This document shows positions 35,380 through 46,839 of a DNA stretch of 64,000 nucleotides, in pieces. A program made the position numbers and the translations under genes. How positions within the stretch are numbered: position 1 is the first letter of the stretch; each line of letters begins with the position of its first letter. The DNA is from Octopus bimaculoides (lineage: Eukaryota). The notes below the pieces were generated by a model. The model ran no database searches. It had not been told where the DNA came from and worked only from the letters and a program-made list of their open reading frames with translations. The stretch lies in the NCBI RefSeq assembly GCF_001194135.2, contig NC_068984.1, forward strand, positions 126,606,843 through 126,670,842. The letters run 5' to 3'.

Positions 35380-35801
35380 GTGGTATACAGATTTTAAATA
35401 TTAAGAAAAAGAGAACCATCATTTCTGATGATTCTCCAAAACAAGATGAGAGAGCTAAATAAATAATTATCCAAAATTATGACTACCTTCTTTTTCTTAA
35501 TGTGTGTGTGTCCATGTCTGTGTGTATATGTATTATACATCTGGGTTATACTTGTTTGGTAGATGAATTGATCTGAATTTGTATGTTGAAACTGAAACAG
35601 TTCCATTGTGATAGAGTAATGATAACCTTCTAAAACTCTCTCACACACACACACACACACATGCACACATCTAATGTTACATTCACTAATATTTTTTTCC
35701 TGCAACATTATACTGTGCTATAAAGTGTCAAAATGTTTTATTACACATCTGTGACCAGGTCACTGGTACAATTTATACCATTCCTTTATGTTATAAAATA
35801 C

Positions 35802-35836
<35 letters not shown>

Positions 35837-37120
35837 NNNNNNNNNNNNNNNNNNNNNNNNNNNNNNNNNNNNNNNNNNNNNNNNNNNNNNNNNNNNNNNN
35901 NNNNNNNNNNNNNNNNNNNNNNNNNNNNNNNNNNNNNNNNNNNNNNNNNNNNNNNNNNNNNNNNNNNNNNNNNNNNNNNNNNNNNNNNNNNNNNNNNNNN
36001 NNNNNNNNNNNNNNNNNNNNNNNNNNNNNNNNNNNNNNNNNNNNNNNNNNNNNNNNNNNNNNNNNNNNNNNNNNNNNNNNNNNNNNNNNNNNNNNNNNNN
36101 NNNNNNNNNNNNNNNNNNNNNNNNNNNNNNNNNNNNNNNNNNNNNNNNNNNNNNNNNNNNNNNNNNNNNNNNNNNNNNNNNNNNNNNNNNNNNNNNNNNN
36201 NNNNNNNNNNNNNNNNNNNNNNNNNNNNNNNNNNNNNNNNNNNNNNNNNNNNNNNNNNNNNNNNNNNNNNNNNNNNNNNNNNNNNNNNNNNNNNNNNNNN
36301 NNNNNNNNNNNNNNNNNNNNNNNNNNNNNNNNNNNNNNNNNNNNNNNNNNNNNNNNNNNNNNNNNNNNNNNNNNNNNNNNNNNNNNNNNNNNNNNNNNNN
36401 NNNNNNNNNNNNNNNNNNNNNNNNNNNNNNNNNNNNNNNNNNNNNATATATATATATACACATACACACACACACATGTATATATATATAATTTGCTTTC
36501 ATAAACAGAAATTTCCAATAACTGTGCTGTATAGCAATTCCATATTTCTTACTTGAGTTAAAAATCTTGAAGTTTATGTCTGTGGCAGCGCAATGCAATC
36601 TGTTTCCTTGTAGCTATATAATACATGAGAAAAATCAAAGTGGTGTCTTTTACTCTTACTGATAAAACACCATTAGCCTTGAAACCATGATAGCAAAGTT
36701 GTCATTTCTCATTTTGTCAAAGAAATTTGGTGTTATATTCAGAACATTATTATTTAACTGCAAGGCTAAACATGTTTCAAGAATATTAATATCTTATAAG
36801 CATTACCTATGCTTTCACATGCTGAAAAACCTGATTATCGCTCTGTATTTTGTTTAGTGTTTCTTTAACAGCTCTTGTCACAGTAGCTAAGAAAGCACTC
36901 GTTAATTATATAGAGAGCTATTCCACTTTGTAGCTCCCTAGTTATAGTTTGGTGGACTGGTCCACTTGGAGTTAAATGTTTGGGTCATATAGTTGTTGTT
37001 GTTAACTGGATATGACATGATGAGTCTTCTCATCTGCTTGTGCAGTCCCCTGCTCCATTTGTTATTCCTGGCTCTTTTTAGAGTGGTAACTATATAATTA
37101 TGTAAAGTTAATTAATTTAA

Positions 37121-37410
37121 CCCTTTTGAGACCAATTTGCCTGAGACCACTCTTGCTCCTGATATAAGCTTACTGTTTTAAAGTGATCTAAATTTAAACC
37201 TTTCATCAAAATTTCCTGTTAATTTTTGTTCCCAACACCAGCTTAACCTCTCACTTTTAAACCAGCTATATTTAGCCCTAATATTCTATGTTTTATGTTC
37301 AAACTGACCAGATCCAGCCTCTCACACCTACCCTACTCTACAATGTCATCCTAAAAATAAACAGTCACATCATCAAAATTAAAGCTACAAGGTAATGCCT
37401 AATTGATTCT
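37121..37410. mobile_element. piggyBac MITE family 1 (left part) with family 2 inserted at its internal TTAA (37243-37246)
   Basis: TTAA-CCCTTTTGAGACC start. After CCAGCTTAA the sequence switches to the family-2 body seen at 17398-17570. Confidence 0.65.
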
Positions 37411-38680
37411 ATACAATCATCATCATCATCGTTTAATGTCCTCCTTCCATGCTGGCATGGGTTGATGGTTTGACACTAAAGGCGAAAACACACATGCATG
37501 TGCATGCAGAAATATACTCATACAGATAGAAAAAGTGAGAGAAAGAGTCATTACAATTAGTTGATTGAAAATGGTTGTTAGAAACATATTCCCTCTCCTC
37601 ATACGCATAAAAAGAAATATGCTACCACACATAAACAGAGAGAATAGGGGAAGGGGTAGAGGATGAGACTGGGATAAACATTAAAACATCTGATGCCTAA
37701 AATAAGTCAACATCAAATCTGCAATGCCAAACAGGTGGCACCAAAACAGCCTTGCCAATATGTCTCATGCCTGGATAGAGTAAACTATGTTTGATCAGAG
37801 CTGAATGACAACAACAATACTAGCAAGTTACAACTACAACACTAAAGAGCAAAAAGAACAAGGACACAAAATAAAGCAACAACAATAAAACTAGCAAACA
37901 AAGGTAAGAACGATTGATAACAAGACCACCAACAACAACAACAACAGCAAATACTTGAAAGCAAAAACAACAGTTAAGAAGGACATTGACAGACAACAGC
38001 AGCAACAGCAGTAGAGAACTTGCCAGTTCGCCTGAGTGAGCATTACATATTTTCTATTTCCTATTTTACAGCTGAGTGGTCAGTGGCCGGAAGGACATGA
38101 TGCTGTTACTCCCACAACATTGAGGTAATGAGGGAGCCTTTATGTGGTTGTTCTGTTGACTAGAAATAACAACCAAATCTCTTATAAATATACAAACCAC
38201 ATTGTATATTCTTGTCCTAGATATACAGTGCCCCCACAAAAGTGACGAGATAATTGTGACTGGAATCATACATCTGCTTGATCAAGGCTAACCACTAACA
38301 AGGCCACCTCGACATAGTCATTCTATCTGCTAAAAATAACAGCCAAATCTCTTATAAATTTACAAGAAGGAACAATGTATAATGTAGTCCTACATATCCA
38401 GTGCCCTAATGCTGTCATAAAAATGATGACATAGTCATGACTGGAACCCTATTTATCATAGGTCTGCTTGACCAAGGCTGACTTGGAGATATGAAACAGT
38501 AAAAAACAGGCAGCTATGATAAGGTTTGAACTGATGACCATGTGGTTAATAGTGGCTCAACTTGTGTATTTTATTGTCAATGATAGAAGAAAGTAATTAT
38601 TCAACCTGTGACATAGACTGAACTTAAATGTCAAGCTTTTAATTTGGGTCACTTACCTTGTCATTAATATTTTATAGTAT

Positions 38681-39140
38681 CCTAAGGCAGCAATCTGACA
38701 GAACTGTTACTATGCTGGGAAAAATGCTTAGCAGTATTTCATCCATTTGTACATTCTGAGTTCAAATGCTGCTGGAGTTGACTTTGCTTTCCATCTTTTT
38801 AGGGTTGATAAAATAAATACCAGTTGAATACTGGGGTCATTGTAATTGGCTTATCCCCTCCTCTGAAATTCCTGGCCTTGTACCAAAAATTGAAATCAAT
38901 ATCATACAGTACTCTAAGGCAGCAAGCTGTCTGGCTGAACTGTTAGCATGCCAGGCAAAATGCCTAGCAGCCTCATCTGCCTTTATGTTCTGAGTTCAAA
39001 TGTCACTGGGTTTGACTTTGCCTTTCATCTTTTTGGCGTTGATAAAATAAGTACCAGTTGAATACTGGGGTTGATGTAATCAACTTAGTCCATTCCCTGA
39101 AACTGCTGGCCTTGTACCAAAATTAGAAGCCAATATTATA
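38681..39140 (+). mobile_element. Head-to-tail tandem of two SINEs (unit ~232 bp) plus the head of a third
   Basis: Both copies carry TTGACTTTGC(C/T)TT(T/C)CATCTTTTT...GATAAAATAA(A/G)TACCAGTTGAATACTGGGG; unit boundaries share AGTA(C/T)(T/C)CTA(A/G)GG. Confidence 0.8.
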
Positions 39141-40074
39141 TAGTACTCTAGGGGGTGATAGATTGGCATAATGATTAGAATGTCAAATGAAATGCCTTGT
39201 GGTATTTAGTTATAATATATTACATAATATGAAGGCTTGTAGCCTAGTTGTTAGCCTGTTCCCTTTCTGTTGCCAATCTTTATTTGTTACCTAGCAATGT
39301 GCCAAACATGCTTCCATGGAAGACTGGAAATAATTCATACTGTTGTATGAAGGTGACAGCTGTTGACATCTATTGTGCAATGTCAAGACAGGGAGACACA
39401 AATGCACACTCATACTGACACACACATGTGCACAAATCCATTCACAAAGCTTTGGTTGGGCCAGAAATATAGTAGAAAACACTTTACCAAGGTTCTATGC
39501 AGTGGGACAGAACCCAAAACCACACAGCTATGTGTGGGGAAGCATGCTTCTTAACTGCACAGCTAATGTAAGAAATGTTTGTGCTTATGTAAGAAATCAA
39601 CATCAGAGAATCCTATATGGCCCAGTGTGAAGTACCTACTCATAGTTCTTATTTACAACATGGTAAACTGATCCAGCAACTGCTGAATTGTCATTGCTAT
39701 GGACACAGCGTGACATACAAACCATGATCGACCCTTCTGCAGTTAGTATGACACTGTCTTCTCACTTGGTGATACTTATCTAATCAGCTAATACTTCGTC
39801 AATCAGCTGTAGCTTATTAATAATAAAACATCAATGCATTTAATGCAGACGTGCATGTTGTTGCATATCTCTTCGAACTGACCTCATGCGCTTTACGTCA
39901 TTCAGTCTGCTACACCCTACCCTCAGCTCCACCGCCAACCTATCTTGGCCACCAGTAGGTGTTGTAAGGTGTTGATGGTGGAGGTGGTCATCATTGTTGT
40001 GATGGCTGTGGTGGAGGGGTGCAATTAGATTTCTCATTCATCATAATAAATATCTATTTCCTTATCATTTGCAG

Positions 40075-40101
40075 CTGGCTATAGGGAAAGTTCAGTAAAT
40101 G
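40075..40101 (+). CDS. Candidate 27-nt micro-exon
   Basis: TATTTCCTTATCATTTGCAG|CTGGCTATAGGGAAAGTTCAGTAAATG|GTAAGT. Consensus sites, length divisible by 3, and only the phase-1 frame is open (xGYRESSVNx). Confidence 0.55.
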
Positions 40102-40530
40102 GTAAGTAGCGCCATGGGCAATTAACACAGTCTCTTGTCCTACCTGTGTGTGCACGCAATAAAGTTATGAGAGGTGTGATGTGTGAGATGATGTGACAGA
40201 TAGTGAGGAAGGTGTAGTTTCACCTGCATTTCCATAAATGGACATAGTTCCTTGGTTACTATGTTTGAAAACCAAATCAGAAGTTGTGTAAATATTTAAA
40301 AATGTGTGTTTGTGTGCATGTGCACACTCACATGTGCATGTATACATATGTGCATATGCACATACACAGACACATGCATATATGGATTCAGAGATCCGTG
40401 GAACTATCACAATAAGCTCCTCCTACAGACTTGGTTATCAGTCCATTTAGTAATCAAGAAGGTTGTAAAACAGCTGTAATCCTATGGAAGTCATTAAGTT
40501 AAATAAACTTATATTTATCCCTCACATCTA

Positions 40531-40563
<33 letters not shown>

Positions 40564-40578
40564 CACATACACACTCAC

Positions 40579-40629
<51 letters not shown>

Positions 40630-40729
40630 AATGCTGAAAAAGAGATAGATACATATGTACATGCAAAAATAAGTTTTGTAAGATTCATTTTCAAATATAT
40701 ATATATATATCTTGCAGTATGCTTTGTTC

Positions 40730-41240
40730 TCATTGCCATGGAATCAGCCGATGATAGCAACACTGTAGTAGCTTGGTCACTTTTCTGATACCAGGATTAA
40801 TAGCATTGAAAATACATTTAGTAATAATGTTTATCTCACTCTGAACAGGTTTGACTAGGGATGGAAAGGAAGTCAAATTTATGATCTTTAACAGTATTAT
40901 GGGGAGCAAGCACTCAACTAGCTTTCCTGTATGTTTTGATGATGTTATTAGTAAGAATTTTGTTGTGTTTACTTCAGATATGTTCTTTGTTTTGTCAGCA
41001 GGAACGTGTAACATAAGGGGTTGATTGAAATATCTCATGTAATTATAAGTCATCTAAAGAATTTTGAAAAGGGTTAGAATGTTGCTGAAATCTTACCTTT
41101 TTGTAGATGTTTATTGAATCAGCTTTGAAATCCTCAAGGTTCTTTATCTTAGATAGTAGTGAATATTTTCCATGATTTGAAGTTGAATTTATTTGTGGAC
41201 ATGCTGGTAGTTGGGTTTTTGAAGGAGCAAGCATTCTAGT
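40730..41240 (-). mobile_element. Penelope-like element fragment (region N-terminal to and entering the RT core)
   Basis: KVRFQQHSNPFQNSL, LHVPADKTKNISEV and LVKPVQSEINIITKCIFNAINPGIRKVTKL match the remembered PLE motifs VPADKTxNxY and LINPAKSEIGKISKxILDRINxxIR. Confidence 0.65.
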
Positions 41241-41461
41241 GGATGCACTTGATCACACATTCTGTCTTCTAGATAAGGTACCAAAAGTTTCCTTGGTGGT
41301 ACTTAGATGTTTTTCCTTGAATACAGAAGTAATTCTCTCTCCATTTTCAACTGTTTATTCCTCATTTATAAATACCACTTGTCAGTACTTAGAGCAATTA
41401 GATAGGTAGATGGACAAATAAAAGAAAATAGAATCCAACACATGTAGAAGTTAAACATGTT

Positions 41462-41800
41462 TATCAAGACCCCCTTTGGTCATGAATGACCATGGGATTG
41501 CACCTTGAAAGTTCCCCTCTGAGGCAGAAGTCTGGGCAAGGTTGTTTGTGGAAACCAGCAGTCACCTGTGTACACCAGCCTCTCCTCTCCATGCCACTGA
41601 TGTTATCCAAAGGAAAGGCAAAGGCCAATACAGCTTGGCACCATTGACGTCGCAACTTATTTCTTACAAATGGGTTAGCTGGAGCAATGCAAAATAAAGT
41701 GTCTTGCCCAAGAATACAGCATACAATCCAGTCCAGAAATCAGACTCACTATCTCATGATTGTAAGCCCAATGCTCTAACCACTGAGCCATGCATCTTCA
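41462..41800 (-). mobile_element. tRNA-head/CORE SINE with an RTE(BovB)-like 3' end
   Basis: Minus strand: GGCTCAGTGGTTAGAGCATTGGGC head, CTTGGGCAAGACACTTTATTTTGCATTGCTCCAG core, and a 3' end GCAATCCCATGGTCATTCATGACC. Confidence 0.75.
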
Positions 41801-41914
41801 CAAACATAAATATGTTTATTAGGTTCTACATTTCTGAAAGTACTGAAATATTTTGATACTAAATTTATTCAGACATCACAGGATTAATACAAGTTACATT
41901 TAATCTCTACAATT

Positions 41915-42215
41915 ACAAGAGGTTCTCAAAATGGTGGCCATTAGCTTCCAGACACTTATTAGTATGGCATATGCTATTTCAATGTCTTTTTTGAAGTGCC
42001 ATCAGTGTAGATGGTTTTCTGAGATACATGACATCCTTTAGGGTGTCCCATATGCAAGTGTTAAATCAGGAGAACATTTAGGGATCTCAACTGCACCACT
42101 TTGTCCTTACTCAATGTCCTTGCAAATTCTTATCCAGGTAAGCTTGCACATCTTCACTGTAATGTGGTTGTGTACCATCTTGTTGAAAAATTCATTCATT
42201 GTTTCCATAAAGTGC
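41915..42215 (-). mobile_element. Tc1/mariner-superfamily transposase C-terminal fossil (WPPRSPDL-type)
   Basis: IFQQDGTQPHYSEDVQAYLDKNLQGH*, GAVEIPKCSPDLT, TLKDVMYLRKPST and CLEANGHHFENLL*; frameshifted. Confidence 0.8.
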
Positions 42216-42227
42216 ATGTATCATCAT

Positions 42228-42720
42228 CATCATCATCATCATTTAATGTCCATTTTCCATGCTGGCATGGTTTGGATGGTTTGACAGGAGCTGGCCTGCT
42301 AAAGAGCAGCCCGGGTTCCATTTCTGTTTTGGCATGGTTTCTATGGTTGAATGCCCTTCCTAACACCAACCACTTTACAAAGTGTACTGGGTGCTTTTAT
42401 GCAGTACTGACATAGGTGCTTCTACGTGGTATTGGCATGGATGCTTTTTACATAACACCAGCGTGGGATTGCTCAGCTGAAGAGGGACACAGGGGACATG
42501 CCTCTATGCATGGATAACCACAATTTAAAACTTAGGTTGATGTGTCTTCTTAAGCACAGCAAACCATCAGAAATCTCAATCTCCTGTCACCTCTCTGTTA
42601 GGCCCAGTGTCTGAAGATCCTTTCTCACCACTTCATCCCACGTTGTCCTTGCATACAACTATGATTTTTCTTAGCTTGACATGTCTTCTCAAGCACAACA
42701 AACCACCAGAAATCTCAGCA
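42228..42720 (-). mobile_element. RTE tail plus duplicated RTE C-terminal remnants
   Basis: Common tail module at 42228-42460; TCTTCT(T/C)AAGCACA(G/A)CAAACCA(T/C)CAGAAATCTCA occurs twice (about 42545 and 42683). Confidence 0.65.
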
Positions 42721-43227
42721 GGTATAATAAACATGTGTAGCATGTCTACATATGCTTGACTAATAACAGTCTCTTCAAGGCAAAATGGTCCTGTTGAAAC
42801 CCTCAGCACTCTACAACAATAAATTGACTTTGTTGAAAAAGGTAAAAAATAAAAGGCAAAAATTTTTAATGGTACCTTGTATTAATCCCATGATGTCTGA
42901 GTAAATTTTGTATCAAAATATTTCTACATGTTTCTCTTTCTCCGAAGTGTGTATACATATTTTTGGCAGACTGTGTTGTTGTATATTGAGTGCATCATTT
43001 TGCCAATAAAAATATACACAATGGTTTTCTTTCTCTTCTTTTTATTACTATTTGTTCACTAGTTAACTAACGAGTTAAATAATGGATTGGTTACCTAATC
43101 ATTTAATCAATCAATGAGAGTCCTTTTGTCGCCATTCATTACTTCATCACATGACAGCAGCTATGGGCATGGATTTGCAAATACAAACCCACATATACAT
43201 ATGAATATATGTATATACTCATGTGCA

Positions 43228-43282
<55 letters not shown>

Positions 43283-43652
43283 TAGGTACAGGTGTGGCTG
43301 TGTAGCAAGAAATTTGCTTCCCAGTCACATAATTCCAGGTTCAGTCCCACTGCATGGCAGCTTCAGCAAGTATCTTCTACTATAGTCACAGATCAACCAA
43401 AACTTTGTGAATAGATATGGGAGATAGAATCTGAAAGAAGCCTATCATGTGTGTGTATGTGTATATATATATATATATATATATAAATATATAGTTTTAG
43501 GGAAAATAACCAATTTTCAAGAACTCATCGATGAAATCCACTATCACATATAGAAAAATTAATAATTAAAAGCAAAAATTTTTAATGGTACCTTTAATTT
43601 CTGCCAACCGAAATTGACCTTCAAGGTATTGATCTGCCAAGAGCTATATTAG

Positions 43653-43684
<32 letters not shown>

Positions 43685-43754
43685 TGTGTGTGTGTGGGGG
43701 AGATGATACTAATTAATGCAGAGATTTGAGGATTGTGAAAGATTTTGTCCCTGC

Positions 43755-44478
43755 ACCAACAACATCAGTCTGTGATGAGTGTGTCAGCCAAGAAGAGTTG
43801 TGGGGGCTAAAGTTACCGAGGGGAATTACTTCAGAGAAGTGTGAAATGAGATAAATGTCCTTGATGCAGGGAGGAACATGGTTCCTAGTAGGGGTTTATA
43901 CAAACAACACCCTATATAACATTGTCTTGCAAGAGAATTGGCCTGTCTCTATTGACCAATGTTGGTTGTTTAATTGCAAGTTCACTTGTTATTTCATCCA
44001 ATTGGTTGATGTATACATCTGCTGTAATTGACTTACCAGATCTCATGACACCAGTGTTGGACCAAAGAACAGATACCATTAGCTTTTTGGGGATTGTGTT
44101 TTGGCACTTTGTCTTTATCCAACCACCAAGAACTTGATGCAGGGAGGAACATGGTTCAAGAGTTATATGGGTTGTTCAAGAAGTTTAAGAAGTAGTAGAA
44201 TAAGCATCTATGTTTAGAGTAGTAGGATAGGTAAGCGTTTTTAGTCAGTGAAACTGGAAGACTAAGTTACTGATATCCAGATGAGGGAAACAAGTGACAG
44301 GAGAGTAAAATAGACATGTGTGCAGACACCACCTGTTAGAATGAAGTTTGTTTATAGAGTAGCCTGGATAGCTAAGATAGACAATTGATAAGAGATGAGA
44401 AATTTATGACTTAGAGATTAACTCCTGTGGTTACCATGTTAATAAGAGTTGATGTGTAGTTTGGATCAGGCTCTTTGG
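43755..44478 (-). mobile_element. Decayed APE endonuclease region of a CR1/L2-group LINE, split by a templated insertion
   Basis: SYPGYSI/TNFILTGGVCTHV...FQFH*LK...LLNHVPPCIKDIYLISHFSEVIPLGNFSPHNSSWL (GDFNxH-like motif) once 43860-44132 is removed. Confidence 0.6.
43885..44132 (-). repeat. ~250-bp copy of 44480-44745 flanked by a 25-bp direct repeat
   Basis: CTTGATGCAGGGAGGAACATGGTTC at 43860-43884 and 44133-44157; the copy lacks 15 bp between ATGA microhomologies. Confidence 0.9.
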
Positions 44479-44499
44479 CTCCTAGTAGGGGTTTATACA

Positions 44500-44865
44500 A
44501 ACAACACCCTATATAACATTGTCTTGCAAGAGAATTGGCCTGTCTCTATTGACCAATGTTGGTTGTTTAATTGCAAGTTCACTTGTTATTTCATCTAATT
44601 GGTTGATGTATACATCTGCTGTAATTGACTTACCAGATCTCATGAAGCTGTAGTGGATGACACCAGTGTTGGACCAAAAAACAGATACCATTAGTTTTTT
44701 TGGGATTGTGTTTTGGCACTTTGTCTTTATCCAACCACCAAGAACACTTGCTATTGTTGAAAAGAATCCATTTTTCATCACACGTAACAATATGATGCAA
44801 AAATGGTTCACTTTTATGCTGTGACAGCAAAGAACAGCAAGTTTCAAGATGACATGTCATTTCTT
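44500..44865 (-). mobile_element. Mariner transposase fragment
   Basis: PFLHHIVTCDEKWILFNN...K/LMVSVFWSNTGVIHYSFMRSGKSITADVYINQL...PILLQDNV. Confidence 0.9.
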
Positions 44866-44869
44866 TTTT

Positions 44870-45199
44870 CTCCCCTTTGCTACAAGAGGGTGTGGTTCCT
44901 CCGCTTTAACCAGAGGATCTTCCCTCTCTCCCGCAGCCTTGGGGTCCTTCGGTGGGTAACCATTGTTGCTCACCTTCTTCCTTTTTTTCCCCTTTTCTTT
45001 CGGGTAGGTCTCCACTGCCTCCATCTCTCCCTCCGAAGGAGGAGGTGGGGTTCTTCCATAACTAACTGTTCCAGGACCTTACTTCGGTCCTGAGGACAGT
45101 TCTTTTTAATGTGACCTGGTTCCAGGCACAGGTGACACTAATATAGCTCTTGGCAGATCAATACCTTGAAGGTCAATTTCGGTTGGCAGAAATTAAAGG
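44870..45199 (-). mobile_element. Retroelement gag/ORF1-like remnant with a CCHC zinc knuckle
   Basis: CHLCLEPGHIKKNC (C-x2-C-x4-H-x4-C) at 45096-45137, followed by K/E-rich sequence; stop immediately upstream. Confidence 0.6.
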
Positions 45200-45443
45200 A
45201 AGCCCACCATTTATGTGTGTGTGTGTGGTGGATAGTGTTAACATTTCTTGTTAACATTATGACCAGTCACTATGTGCATTCAAAGACTTGTGGAATGTAT
45301 AATGTCTTACTTGAAATATAGGTGAGAGTTGGAGACAGAGAGAGAGCATTTGGCTGGTCCTAAGATCTACCCCATATAGTGTCCTTATACAACCCATACT
45401 AGCATGGTGAATTGGATGTTAAATGAATGAACAAATGAATATA

Positions 45444-45474
<31 letters not shown>

Positions 45475-45874
45475 GTTTAATATCCTTCTTCAATGCTGGC
45501 ATGGGTTGGACAGTTTCACCTGGAGCTGGCCAGGCAGAAGCCTGCACCAGACTTCTGTGTCTGTTCTGACATATTTTTTACAGCTGGATGCCCTTCCTAA
45601 CACCAACCACCCTGCAGAATAGACTGAGTGCTTTTTCGTGGCACCACCACAGGTGAAGTCAGTTTTTGGCATGATTTTTTACAGCTGGATGCCCTTCCAA
45701 ATGCCAACCATTTTACAATGTGGACTGAATGCTTTTTTACTTGGACCAGCAGTGGCACTGGTCACCAAGTAGCTTGCAAGACAAGGAATCTTTGAGAGAG
45801 GAGGGGGCATTGGAGGAGGTGATCTTGTATCAGATGATGAATGGTTAAAGTATGAAAGAGAGACAGAAACAGGT

Positions 45875-46012
45875 TGACTTTGCCTTTCATCCTTTCAGGG
45901 CCGATAAATTAAGTACCAGTTACGTACTGGAGTCGATGTAATCAAGTTAATCCCTTTGTCTGTCCTTGTATGTCCCCTCTATGTTTAGCCCCTTGTGGGC
46001 AATAAAGAAATA
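45875..46012 (+). mobile_element. 5'-truncated SINE inserted into an RTE-tail repeat
   Basis: TGACTTTGCCTTTCATCCTTTCAGGGG core; tail CCCCTTGTGGGCAATAAAGAAAT; TSD-like AGAAACA(G/T)GT at 45865-45874 and 46013-46022. Confidence 0.8.
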
Positions 46013-46839
46013 AGAAACATGTATCTTGCTGTAGAGGAGGTACATGGTCATCTAACCAGAGAGAGAAAAAAAGGGAAGGGCACATATGTACATATATATA
46101 TGTATATATATATATATATATGTATATATATGTATATNNNNNNNNNNNNNNNNNNNNNNNNNNNNNNNNNNNNNNNNNNNNNNNNNNNNNNNNNNNNNNN
46201 NNNNNNNNNNNNNNNNNNNNNNNNNNNNNNNNNNNNNNNNNNNNNNNNNNNNNNNNNNNNNNNNNNNNNNNNNNNNNNNNNNNNNNNNNNNNNNNNNNNN
46301 NNNNNNNNNNNNNNNNNNNNNNNNNNNNNNNNNNNNNNNNNNNNNNNNNNNNNNNNNNNNNNNNNNNNNNNNNNNNNNNNNNNNNNNNNNNNNNNNNNNN
46401 NNNNNNNNNNNNNNNNNNNNNNNNNNNNNNNNNNNNNNNNNNNNNNNNNNNNNNNNNNNNNNNNNNNNNNNNNNNNNNNNNNNNNNNNNNNNNNNNNNNN
46501 NNNNNNNNNNNNNNNNNNNNNNNNNNNNNNNNNNNNNNNNNNNNNNNNNNNNNNNNNNNNNNNNNNNNNNNNNNNNNNNNNNNNNNNNNNNNNNNNNNNN
46601 NNNNNNNNNNNNNNNNNNNNNNNNNNNNNNNNNNNNNNNNNNNNNNNNNNNNNNNNTGGGTGGCAGTAAATTTGAAGAGAGAGTGTCGGTGGTAGTAGTG
46701 TTCATTGAGTGTTACCACCTCCTCCACTGCGATAATCAGTGATAAACCATGGCATCATCGCTAACGAGCTGAGGTCCTTCTTATAAACTGTGTAATTATC
46801 TTGGTAGCTATTGCTGCTTTAATTAAACTGTATCATATG

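Noticed and set aside
36650-36710. CUGAUAA..GCCUU-GAAAC-CAUG-AUA hammerhead-like string
   Set aside because: Needs several substitutions in the core, helix II and helix I; not supportable.
41097-41235. Apparent host exon MLAPSK...IYKK with an AAG|GTAAGA donor
   Set aside because: The frame continues into KVRFQQHSNPFQ and VPADKT motifs of a Penelope-like ORF, so it is transposon-derived.
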